Assembly: GCA_036566495.1 (NCBI GenBank)
Contig: DATCWE010000043.1
Location: forward strand, 1 to 48,873
Reading direction: 5' to 3'
Source: Gemmatimonadales bacterium
GTDB taxonomy: Bacteria; Gemmatimonadota; Gemmatimonadetes; Gemmatimonadales; GWC2-71-9
DNA: 48,873 bases
This document shows, in pieces, positions 35,393 through 43,677 of this stretch. Each line of letters starts with the position of its first letter. The stretch's first letter is position 1. The position numbers and the translations under genes were made by a program. The notes beneath the pieces are model-generated. The model saw only the letters and a list, made by a program, of their open reading frames with translations, was not told the origin of the DNA and made no database searches.

Positions 35393-36667
35393 ATGAGCTA
35401 CACCGAGGAATCCGCCGCCACCGGGGTCAGTCGCCAGTACGCGTATTACGCGCTGGCCCTGCTCACCACCATCAACCTGGTCAATTATCTCGAGCGCAAC
35501 GCGATCTTCGCGTTGTTCGAGCCGGTCAAGCGCGATCTGGGACTCACCGATGTGCACCTCGGGTGGCTGGGATCGGCGTACGTCCTGGTCTTTTCGCTGG
35601 CATCGGTTCCCGCCGGCATTGCCGGCGACCTGGGCTCCCGGCGAGTCGTCGTTGCCACGGGGGTGACCCTGTGGAGCATTGCCACCTCGCTCTCGGGACT
35701 GGTCGAAGGATTCGGCTCGTTGCTGTTTGCGCGGGCGATCGTCGGCCTGGGCGGCGCACTCGCGGCCACCGCGTCGGCCTCGCTGGTGGCGGACTATTTC
35801 CCGGGCCGGCGCCGCTCGCTCGCCATGAGCCTGTTCATGGCCGGCCTCGCGGTGGGCGGGGTGAGCGGCATCCTGATTACCGGGCAGCTCGAGCATCATT
35901 ACGGATGGCGGGTCGCCTTCCTCGTGCTCGGGCTCCCCGGATTCCTCATTGCGGCGCTGGTGCTGCGCATCAAGGACCCCACCCGGCCGATGGTTCCCTC
36001 GCGCCAGGGACCCGACGCGCTGCTCGCCACGGTGCGCGAGCTCGAGGGCGTGGCCCGACGTATCCTGGGAACACCGACACTCGTCGCCGTGTTCGTCGGG
36101 GGGGCGCTAATCTCTTTTGGCATGAATGGCCTGGTCGGCTGGGCCCCCACATTCCTGGCCCGGGAACGCGGACTGTCGACGGCACAGGCGTCCCTGCTGC
36201 TGGGCTCCTACGGCCTCGTCGCCGGGATCGCGGGCACCGTCATCGGCGGGGTGGTGGCCGACCTCTTGCGCAGCCGCTTTCCGGCGGCGCGAATCATCAC
36301 CACCGGCATCGGATTCATCGTCGGTGCTCCGCTCGCGATCTGGTTGCTCTTCATCCAGGACATGTCGTGGTTCATCCCGGTCTTCGTGGCGGCCTTTTTC
36401 TTCCTGACCTGGTACAACGGCCCACTCACCGCCGTGATCTTCGACGTCACCCCGCCCCGCATCGCCACGACCGTGGCGGGCGCGTTTCTGATGTTCATCC
36501 ATCTGGCGGGTGACGCGATCGCCTTTCCTCTGGTCGGGATCCTCTCCGACAATTTCGGGCTGCAGCGCGCCATTCTGCTGCTCCCGGTGGCCTCGCTTAT
36601 CGGGGCGCTGATCGTGCTTACCGCCGTGCGGACCCTGGAGGCTGACACCGCTCGCGCCACTCATTAG
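35393..36667 (+). CDS. MFS transporter
   Basis: 12 hydrophobic segments. MFS signature-like GDLGSRRVV between TM2 and TM3. YLERNAIFALF is typical of Spinster-like MFS proteins. Confidence 0.85.
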   Translation: MSYTEESAATGVSRQYAYYALALLTTINLVNYLERNAIFALFEPVKRDLGLTDVHLGWLGSAYVLVFSLASVPAGIAGDLGSRRVVVATGVTLWSIATSLSGLVEGFGSLLFARAIVGLGGALAATASASLVADYFPGRRRSLAMSLFMAGLAVGGVSGILITGQLEHHYGWRVAFLVLGLPGFLIAALVLRIKDPTRPMVPSRQGPDALLATVRELEGVARRILGTPTLVAVFVGGALISFGMNGLVGWAPTFLARERGLSTAQASLLLGSYGLVAGIAGTVIGGVVADLLRSRFPAARIITTGIGFIVGAPLAIWLLFIQDMSWFIPVFVAAFFFLTWYNGPLTAVIFDVTPPRIATTVAGAFLMFIHLAGDAIAFPLVGILSDNFGLQRAILLLPVASLIGALIVLTAVRTLEADTARATH

Positions 36668-36709
36668 AATACCCCCACCTGGTATACGATTTTCCTCCCC
36701 TTCAGGACC

Positions 36710-36780
36710 GAGCCAAGTCCAAATAGCATAGGCGCTTCGCACCAGGCCGGCTGAGCCGGCGCTACGATTGAGCCAAGTCC
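36710..36780. repeat. Exact 11-nt direct repeat GAGCCAAGTCC, two copies with starts 60 nt apart
   Basis: Copies at 36710-36720 and 36770-36780. A third GCCAAG core lies at 36798-36803 inside the palindrome CTTGCCAAGCAAG. Confidence 0.9.
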
Positions 36781-36795
36781 CAGCAATTCAATCAC

Positions 36796-36824
36796 TTGCC
36801 AAGCAAGGAGTTGGACGGTAGGCT
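36796..36824 (+). promoter_or_regulatory. Promoter candidate TTGCCA-17 nt-TAGGCT ending 9 nt before the GAF-protein ATG
   Basis: TTGCCA at 36796-36801, 17 nt of spacer, then TAGGCT at 36819-36824, with the ATG at 36834. There is no Shine-Dalgarno at a usable distance. Confidence 0.4.
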
Positions 36825-36833
36825 CTGCCGGGC

Positions 36834-38378
36834 ATGGCTCCTGCTCCCTTGCCGAGCATGTCGGCGACCGGCTCCTTCGCGACCACCGATCCCCGTGCTT
36901 GGCAGGGGGATCCGCTTGTGCCCATCCTGGATGGGGAAGCGGGCGCGCCCGACCCGGTCGCGCTGGCCACCTGGCATCTGGCCCTGGCTGCGGCGACCGC
37001 GGTCGAGGTCCCCAACGACATCTTCGCACTTTGGCTCTTCCCCGTTTCGGGCGGAGTGGTCCTGTTGGGCCCAGAAGCGCTGGCCCACGATCACGTTCAC
37101 GTCCCGCTCCCCACCCCCCAGCTCCTGCAAGACGACCTCTACCGGCTCGAAGAAGTCTTGCGGCGGGCGAAGTACGGCTCGGCGATCGCGGTCCCGATTC
37201 GTCACGACGGTCGCGACGTCGGAGTGATGCTGCTCGGCAGCTTTGCACGCGGCGCCTTCGGACCTCCGCAGGCGGTCGCTCTGTATCGGCTCGCCCAGCG
37301 GTTGGCGCCGGCGATGGCGCAGCTGGCCCAAGCCACCCCGTCAGCCGCAACGCATCCGGCGCTCGAGCCCCTCATTGCGCGGGAAGAGCTGCCGGAATTC
37401 CTGGCGCGCGCGGCATGCGAATCGGTGAGCGGCCCGGATTTAGTGCGCCGGGTCAGCGGAATCCTCTATGCGCTGCTGCCGCACGACCGGCTCGAGATTC
37501 TGGTTCCCGGCGCCGCGGCGGGGGCCTTCGTTCCGCTGGGGGGCAGCGCGCCTCGCCGCCGCTGGAGCTCGGCAGGCGCGGGCAGCGAGGTCTTTGCGCA
37601 GCTGGTGGCGCAATTTGGTGGCGAGCGCACCCTGCTCCTGGAAGACCTCGCGGAGCTGGAACACGGGGTCAGCTGGACTCTGGGCAGCGGCAGCGGTCCG
37701 GCTCACGCCGCACGCTCGTTGCTGGGGGCCCGGCTCGAAGTCGCGGGAGCGACCGCCGGCTTCCTGTTACTCGGCAGCGTGGCCCGCGACGCGTATCGGC
37801 CCGACGATGAAGACTTGTTGGCACTCGCCGGGTTGATCGTCGCGCCCCGCGTCGCCGGCCTGCGTGCGCCGGAGGCGGAGTCGCCAGCCGGAGTTACGGA
37901 GTCGCGCGAGTTCCCGCTCAGCCGGGCTGCTGACATCCTGGCCGGCACCGCGCATCTGGGTGAAGGGCTCGCGGGGTTTGCGGTCGAGCTGGGCCAGTTG
38001 CTGCCGCACCAGGGCATCTCGCTGCACCTGCGTCGAGGTGAAGCCGAGCTGATCGCCCTCGACCCTTGGGCGCCACGGCCGCTGGCCGATCTGCCTGCGA
38101 TCCCCATCGAGGAGTTTGCGGGGGCGGCGCTGCTGGACGGCGAACGGGAATGGCTGCTGCACGACGTCGACGGCCTGGTGGAGGTGCTGGTCCCGCTGCG
38201 GGTCGCTGGGCGCACCATGGGGACGCTGGGCGTACGAAGCGAGGCGTTTGACTCAAGCCGGAGCGCCGCGGCCATCGCGCGGCAATTCGCCGACGTCCTG
38301 GCCCCGCACCTGGAGCTGCTCCGCCGAGGGGCGGCCAGCGGCGCCCCGGGAGTTCGGGAGCGGACGCCGGTACGCTGA
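36834..38378 (+). CDS. Protein with three GAF-like repeats and no recognisable output domain
   Basis: Three ~150-aa modules each end in the pattern (I/L)AVP(I/L)...G..(M/L)G.L.(L/V).S.....F...D..LL..LA. Examples are AIAVPIRHDGRDVGVMLLGS, RLEVAGATAGFLLLGS and VLVPLRVAGRTMGTLGVRS. Confidence 0.55.
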   Translation: MAPAPLPSMSATGSFATTDPRAWQGDPLVPILDGEAGAPDPVALATWHLALAAATAVEVPNDIFALWLFPVSGGVVLLGPEALAHDHVHVPLPTPQLLQDDLYRLEEVLRRAKYGSAIAVPIRHDGRDVGVMLLGSFARGAFGPPQAVALYRLAQRLAPAMAQLAQATPSAATHPALEPLIAREELPEFLARAACESVSGPDLVRRVSGILYALLPHDRLEILVPGAAAGAFVPLGGSAPRRRWSSAGAGSEVFAQLVAQFGGERTLLLEDLAELEHGVSWTLGSGSGPAHAARSLLGARLEVAGATAGFLLLGSVARDAYRPDDEDLLALAGLIVAPRVAGLRAPEAESPAGVTESREFPLSRAADILAGTAHLGEGLAGFAVELGQLLPHQGISLHLRRGEAELIALDPWAPRPLADLPAIPIEEFAGAALLDGEREWLLHDVDGLVEVLVPLRVAGRTMGTLGVRSEAFDSSRSAAAIARQFADVLAPHLELLRRGAASGAPGVRERTPVR

Positions 38379-38400
38379 CCTCCGCTTCGGCCTTGTTCAG

Positions 38401-38448
38401 GAATCCGTCGAGCCCCTGAGGGGGCGGTTGCGGAGCTGCAGCGGATTC
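38401..38448. terminator. Compound stem-loop between convergent genes (possible bidirectional terminator)
   Basis: GAATCCG (38401-38407) pairs with CGGATTC (38442-38448) and encloses GCCCC-TGAG-GGGGC (38412-38425). No clear U-tracts. Confidence 0.3.
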
Positions 38449-38461
38449 GCCAGGCGCGTCG

Positions 38462-39298
38462 TCAGGCCCGCCGCAGCGAAGCAACGACGCTCACGAGCCC
38501 CAGGAGCAATCCGCACACCACGACGATCGCGGCTCCGGTGGGCAGGTCCAAGCGATAGGAAGCCCAGAGTCCGAGCAAGCTGGCGGCCGCGGCAATCCCC
38601 CATCCGATCAGCAACCGGCCCAGCCAGCTCCGGGCCAGCATGACCCCGCAGACTGCCGGCACGATGAGGTAGGCGAAGGTCAGCAGGACCCCCGCCAGAC
38701 GCACAAAACTGACGACCACCAGCGCAAACGCCGCGTAAAAGAGAAAGTCCCACAGGTGCACCCTGCCCCCTTGGGCCTCGGCTTGTTCGGGATCGGAGGA
38801 GATCAGAGCAAAGCGCCGGTGAAACGCGGCATAGAATGCCGCTAACCCGGCGAAGATGATCGCGCGCTGGCCCACATCTCCTCGGGTGACGTTCAGAATG
38901 TCGCCGGTGAGCAAATGCTCGAGCTCCTCCTTTCCGCCAGCCACCCGGCTCAACAGGAGAATGACTCCCGCGGCGGCCACGACGAAGGTGATGCCGATGA
39001 TGGCCTCTTGCGGGACGTTGCGTTTGCGGCTCGTGCGCGACCAACTGAAGAATGCCGCCCCCAGAAAAGTGACTCCGAGAGAAATCCAGAAGGTGATGCG
39101 ATCGTTGAAATGGTGGCCCAGTAACAACGCGATGCAAGTGCCCAGCGTCGCCACCTGCGCGAGCGCCAGGTCCACGAAGATCACTTCCCGTCTCACCACG
39201 TGCAATCCGAGATAAACCAGGAGCGGCGGCAGGAGAAGACATGCGGCCAACGGCCACTTCATGATCTCCCAGGCGACCTGGAAATCTCCCGGATTCAT
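38462..39298 (-). CDS. Metal ABC transporter permease (ABC-3 / ZnuB-MntB-TroCD family)
   Basis: 278 aa, about 8 TM segments. VFVDLALAQVATLG and EAIIGITFVVAAAGVILL are typical of the family. ATG 39298 overlaps the binding-protein stop (ATGA). Confidence 0.85.
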   Translation of the reverse strand: MNPGDFQVAWEIMKWPLAACLLLPPLLVYLGLHVVRREVIFVDLALAQVATLGTCIALLLGHHFNDRITFWISLGVTFLGAAFFSWSRTSRKRNVPQEAIIGITFVVAAAGVILLLSRVAGGKEELEHLLTGDILNVTRGDVGQRAIIFAGLAAFYAAFHRRFALISSDPEQAEAQGGRVHLWDFLFYAAFALVVVSFVRLAGVLLTFAYLIVPAVCGVMLARSWLGRLLIGWGIAAAASLLGLWASYRLDLPTGAAIVVVCGLLLGLVSVVASLRRA

Positions 39299-40221
39299 GG
39301 CTTGGCCTCCAGAGCCCCGGCGAGCGAGCGCACGAGGTTATCCATGACGCTGAAATAGGTGGAGGTATTTGGAACGGCGCCGGGCTGCTGTGGCATGTCG
39401 AGCACCGTCGCGCCGGTCTGCCGGGCCACGGTCTCCGCCGTCTTGCGGTTCTGGTAGGGCTGCACCAGGATCACCCGCGCCTTGGTCGCCTGCATCGTGC
39501 TGATGACCTTGGCCAGGTGTGCCGGGGACGGGGCGATGCCCGGCTTGGGCTCGAGCTCTTCGACGATCTCCAAGTTGAACCGCGCCGCGAAATACACGAA
39601 ATCCTTGTGGTAGGTCACGATCTTGGTGCCGCGATATGGCTCGAGCAGCTTTTGCCACTCGGCCAGCTTCTGGTCGACGGTGGCGTTGAAGCGCTTGAGG
39701 TTCGCGCGGAACGCCGCGGCATTCGCGGGATCCACCTGCGCCAGGTGGTCGGCGATTCCGCCGGCGATAATCTTCGCGTCCAGGGGGTCGAGCACGAAAT
39801 GGGGATTCCCCAACGAGTGGACATCCCCCTTGGAACGATCGAACGTCGCCGGCACCTCCAGCATGCGGATGCCCTGCGAGGCCACGATGCGTCCCGGGGC
39901 ACCGGCCGCGATCTTCTGGTTGCGGGCGTTGTCGAGCAGCGGGGGCAACCAGCCAAGCTCCAGCTCGGCGCCGCCTTCGATCAGCACGTCGGCCCGGTTG
40001 AGAGTGACGAGGTGACTGGGCTTGGGATCCACGAAATGGGGATCCTCCGTGGGCTTGGCCAGCGCGGTGACCGCGACGGCGTCGCCGCCGATTTCCCGGG
40101 CCAGCGCGGCCAGGTCGGGCGTGGTCGCCACCACGTTGAGCTGCTTGGCGACCGGCGCGCTGACGCCCGAGAGCGCGAACAGCGTGGCGGCGGCCAGTTT
40201 GACGATGCCAAAGGTATGCAT
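39295..40221 (-). CDS. Metal-binding periplasmic protein (TroA/ZnuA cluster-9 family)
   Basis: Signal peptide MHTFGIVKLAAATLFALSG. VVATTPDLAAL, EDPHFVDP, GNPHFVLDP, YHKDFVYFA. Metal specificity not determinable. Confidence 0.85.
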   Translation of the reverse strand: MHTFGIVKLAAATLFALSGVSAPVAKQLNVVATTPDLAALAREIGGDAVAVTALAKPTEDPHFVDPKPSHLVTLNRADVLIEGGAELELGWLPPLLDNARNQKIAAGAPGRIVASQGIRMLEVPATFDRSKGDVHSLGNPHFVLDPLDAKIIAGGIADHLAQVDPANAAAFRANLKRFNATVDQKLAEWQKLLEPYRGTKIVTYHKDFVYFAARFNLEIVEELEPKPGIAPSPAHLAKVISTMQATKARVILVQPYQNRKTAETVARQTGATVLDMPQQPGAVPNTSTYFSVMDNLVRSLAGALEAKP

Positions 40222-40238
40222 GGGAATAACGTTCGCCT

Positions 40239-41558
40239 CTAGAATTTGTGTGCTGCGTGTGCGCCGAGGATGAACTCGAACTGCACCCATAGCGAATGAT
40301 CGGTGCCGACACCCTTGCGGTTGTCGTAGTTGTACTGGAGCCGCAGCTTGGAGAACTCCGTTGGGTACCAGGTCAGGTTGGGCGACAGGCGATACCGGTC
40401 CGCGCGTAGCTCGGCGTCGAACGCGGCAGCGCTGCCGCTGACATAGTCACCGCGCAGCCCTGCCACGATGCGCGGCTTGATTCCCCACAGCAGCTGCGAG
40501 TAGACGCCGCGATCGCGGAGCTGCTCCGCAGGCAGGGTGACGGTGGGGTTATCCGCCGACACCCGCTGGGCCGCGTCGTAACGGCGGAAGAGCGCCTCAG
40601 TTTGCCAGGAGACGAAGGGGAAGCCCGCGGCGGCTCGCGGCGATTTCCATTTCCAATAGAGGTCTGCGCCGTAGATTTGTGTTTTGGAGTCGGGACCGGA
40701 GTTGTTCGGACCAAAGGCGGCCGAAGCCCCGAAGAGCAGCGTTTGCGTGGAGGTCAAGTCGATTGACGAGGCCAGGCGGGGCACGAAGAGGAGGTCCCCG
40801 ACGCCGCCCACCGCCCGCGGTACCGGGATGCCGCCGTGAATCTCCGCAGACTCTTCCGAGCGAAAGCTCGAGGTGGTTCCCCCCGCGCTGTTGAAGACGC
40901 CTACCATGGCCTCAGTGTACCATTTCGTCGGGACGAGCCACGAGACTCTCGCGCCCTGACTGCGCAAACCCTCGGGGCCGAACATCCGATTGAGCACCAG
41001 TGGCTGATCCACGAACGACCAGGCGTGCGGGTGCTGCGGATTCTGGCGGCCGAACTCGCTGAAGAATTGACCGCCCCGCAGCTGCAGATTGCCCAGCAGC
41101 TGGGTGGTGAGGAAGTAGACCTCTTCCAATTCGACCCCCGTCTCGCCGCTGGGATCGATCTTGTAGACGAGGTTGGCGAATCCCTTGAAGTACGGATCAA
41201 CCGCGCCATCGAGAGACAGCTCGGCGTTGGGCACCGTGAAGCCGCGCACGTGCGGGTCGTGGTCGCCCCGCTGCAAGGCGGCGACATCGGCCTCGCTCGA
41301 CCACCCGAAATCCGCCAGGCCATCGAAGCCGATGTTCATGTAAGCCCCGCTGGTGCGGGCGGGCGGGGACTGGGGTTGTCCCGCCGCCAAGCTGTCGATC
41401 CGAGCTTCCAGGGAACGAATCACTGCCGCCAGGGAATCGAGGTTCCTGGGCTGGCGCGCCCGGCGCAACGAATCCGCCCGGGAGCTGTCAGGCTGTTGAG
41501 CAGCGGCAGCGGTGGTTCCCAGCAGCGCGACAAACACCGCCGTTAGCAGTGTTCGCAT
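40239..41558 (-). CDS. Outer-membrane beta-barrel (porin-like) protein with N-terminal coiled coil
   Basis: Signal peptide MRTLLTAVFVALLGTTAAAAQQ. Coiled-coil-like LDSLAAVIRSLEARIDSLAA. Alternating beta-strand pattern with aromatic girdles and a C-terminal ...AHKF. His-rich motif QNPQHPHAW. Confidence 0.65.
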   Translation of the reverse strand: MRTLLTAVFVALLGTTAAAAQQPDSSRADSLRRARQPRNLDSLAAVIRSLEARIDSLAAGQPQSPPARTSGAYMNIGFDGLADFGWSSEADVAALQRGDHDPHVRGFTVPNAELSLDGAVDPYFKGFANLVYKIDPSGETGVELEEVYFLTTQLLGNLQLRGGQFFSEFGRQNPQHPHAWSFVDQPLVLNRMFGPEGLRSQGARVSWLVPTKWYTEAMVGVFNSAGGTTSSFRSEESAEIHGGIPVPRAVGGVGDLLFVPRLASSIDLTSTQTLLFGASAAFGPNNSGPDSKTQIYGADLYWKWKSPRAAAGFPFVSWQTEALFRRYDAAQRVSADNPTVTLPAEQLRDRGVYSQLLWGIKPRIVAGLRGDYVSGSAAAFDAELRADRYRLSPNLTWYPTEFSKLRLQYNYDNRKGVGTDHSLWVQFEFILGAHAAHKF

Positions 41559-41604
41559 GTTTCCTCCCCTCCGGTTGAACCTAAAACGCCAAAATCGTTA
41601 GGTG

Positions 41605-41946
41605 TCAGCCGAGGTGCGGAGGCGACCTGGAGAGGGGGGGGCCGGAAGGCGCTTTGGCGACCGGCGCCGGAAGCATCGGGGCTGCAACGGTGAAGGTCGG
41701 GCCCAAGACCAGCCGCTCGGGAGTGCCGAGCGTCGGCGCGAAGCGAACCTGCTGCGCCGTGGATCGAATGGCACAGACATCCGCATGGCACCCGCTGGTG
41801 GCTTCATAGTGGGCTCCCGAAGACTCGGGGACGGGCTCCCGGCCATGAAAGAGCACCACGTCGAGTACCGGCAGGCTCCCGCCACCGATCCCGATCAGGA
41901 CGATCGAGCCGGCGGAAACCACCCGGGAAAGCCAGTCACGCAGCAT
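41605..41946 (-). CDS. Hypothetical small protein with N-terminal signal anchor (113 aa)
   Basis: The only protein-like frame in the gap between the kinase and the OM protein. N-terminus MLRDWLSRVVSAGSIVLIGIGGG. Contains His and Cys residues. No Shine-Dalgarno, so the gene call is weak. Confidence 0.35.
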   Translation of the reverse strand: MLRDWLSRVVSAGSIVLIGIGGGSLPVLDVVLFHGREPVPESSGAHYEATSGCHADVCAIRSTAQQVRFAPTLGTPERLVLGPTFTVAAPMLPAPVAKAPSGPPLSRSPPHLG

Positions 41947-41966
41947 GGGAGGAATCTACCACGAAG

Positions 41967-43550
41967 CTAGGCCGGCTGCCGGATGGGGCCTTCCATGGGC
42001 AGAATGAACCAGAAGGTGCTTCCCTCACCGAAGATCGATTCGGCGCCAATGGCTCCGCCATGCATTTCCACAAACTGCTTGCACAGGGCCAGCCCCAGCC
42101 CGGTGCCCTGCTGCTGCCGGCTGGCCGAGCTGTCGACCTGGCTGAACACCTTGAAGAGCTTGTCGGAATCTTGCGGCCGAATCCCGATCCCGCTGTCGCG
42201 CACGGAGACCCAGACGGCGTCGCGGGAGATGAGGCGGGGACTCTCTCCCATCCGGTCGCCCGGGATCGGCAGCGGCACTGGAGTGCGCACGGCGGACAGG
42301 CTGATGGTGCCTTCCTCCGGCGTGAACTTGGAGGCATTGGAAAGCAGGTTGAAGAGGATCTGCCGCACGCGGACGTGATCGGCAACCACCTCCAGCGGCT
42401 CCGGACTCTCCTCGACCGTGCAGGTCTGCCGCTTGGCCATGCGGAAGCTGGCCGTATCGGCCACGGCACCGCGGATGGATTCGCGCAGGTCCAGCCGGGT
42501 CAGATGCACCGTCATCCGGCCCGCTTCGATCTTGGACAGGTCGAGCACGTTGTTGATCAGGCCCAACAAGTGGCGGCCGTTCCGCGCGACTGATTCCAGG
42601 AAGTCCCGCTGCTGGGAATCCAGACTGCCGAGCTCCGGCGAGAGCAGCAGCTCCGAAAAGCCGATGATGGCGTTGAGCGGGGTCCGCAGCTCGTGGGACA
42701 TGTTGGCCAGGAATTCGTTCTTCATCTTGGTCGCGCGGATCAGCTCGCGATTCTTTTCCGCCAGCTCCCGCTCGTTGCGGCGGGTCTCTTCCAGCATGAA
42801 CGCCCGGTCGAGGCCGACGGCGACCTGCTCCGCGAGCGCCGAGAGCAGCGCCACGTCATGAGCGCTGAAGGGCTCGCCATCGAGACGGTTGTACCCGCAG
42901 GCCGCCCCAATCACCACCCCCGAGGACCGCAACGGGACGCAGAGCGCGCGCTGCAGATCGGGCGGCATGGTGTCCACCGGAAAATTGCGCGGGTCGCTCT
43001 CCATGTTGTCGCAGATGAGCGGCTGATCGTTGAGCACGGTCCAGCCCGCCAGCGACCGCTCGACGGGCACCAGGCTACCGGCCACGGGTCGCATCAGCCC
43101 GGAGCCCGCCGCTACGCGGAGGAAGCGTCCCTCTTCCGCCATCACCAGGATCGCACAGCCCTGGACCTGGAGCAGGTTGCCCGCGAGGGAAACCACCTCC
43201 TCGAGCAGCTCGCCGCTGCTGCGGACGCCGAGCAGCGTGGAGCCCAGCCGCCGCAACAGATCCAGCTCGCGATTGCGCGCGTCCGCGGCCTCGATCGCGG
43301 CTTGCATCTGGGCGCGGCGCTGGCGGCTCCGGACATCCCCTCGGCGCATGGCGAGAAAGCCGCCGGCCGTGGTGGTCAGGGCGAGTCCGATGCCGAGCCA
43401 CAGCGGCCCTTCGGAGGTGAAGTAGATCGCGAACCAGCCCGCGACCAGCGCGAGAGAGGTGATGCGGGCCGGATGATCCAGCCAGCGCCACATGCCGGAG
43501 CGCGCGGAGCGCCCAGCGGCAGCCGGCGCAGAGACGGCTGCGTCGGTCAC
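41967..43550 (-). CDS. Membrane-bound GAF-domain sensor histidine kinase
   Basis: Two N-terminal TM segments, a GAF-like region, HisKA H-box MSHELRTPLNAIIGFSELL, and the HATPase N-, G1- and G2-boxes (LFNLLSNASKF, DSGIGI, GTGLGLALC). Start is GTG 43550, or Met20. Confidence 0.85.
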   Translation of the reverse strand: MTDAAVSAPAAAGRSARSGMWRWLDHPARITSLALVAGWFAIYFTSEGPLWLGIGLALTTTAGGFLAMRRGDVRSRQRRAQMQAAIEAADARNRELDLLRRLGSTLLGVRSSGELLEEVVSLAGNLLQVQGCAILVMAEEGRFLRVAAGSGLMRPVAGSLVPVERSLAGWTVLNDQPLICDNMESDPRNFPVDTMPPDLQRALCVPLRSSGVVIGAACGYNRLDGEPFSAHDVALLSALAEQVAVGLDRAFMLEETRRNERELAEKNRELIRATKMKNEFLANMSHELRTPLNAIIGFSELLLSPELGSLDSQQRDFLESVARNGRHLLGLINNVLDLSKIEAGRMTVHLTRLDLRESIRGAVADTASFRMAKRQTCTVEESPEPLEVVADHVRVRQILFNLLSNASKFTPEEGTISLSAVRTPVPLPIPGDRMGESPRLISRDAVWVSVRDSGIGIRPQDSDKLFKVFSQVDSSASRQQQGTGLGLALCKQFVEMHGGAIGAESIFGEGSTFWFILPMEGPIRQPA

Positions 43551-43677
43551 GAGGGGAGCAGTCGGCGGATGCGGCGGACGACCGGAGTCCCGGCCGGCGA
43601 TTGTGGCATGATCGGTAATTTAACGAAATGGACCACCGCTAGCCGGGTGGCCGCAGCTCGCGGGACTCGGGCTTCGG

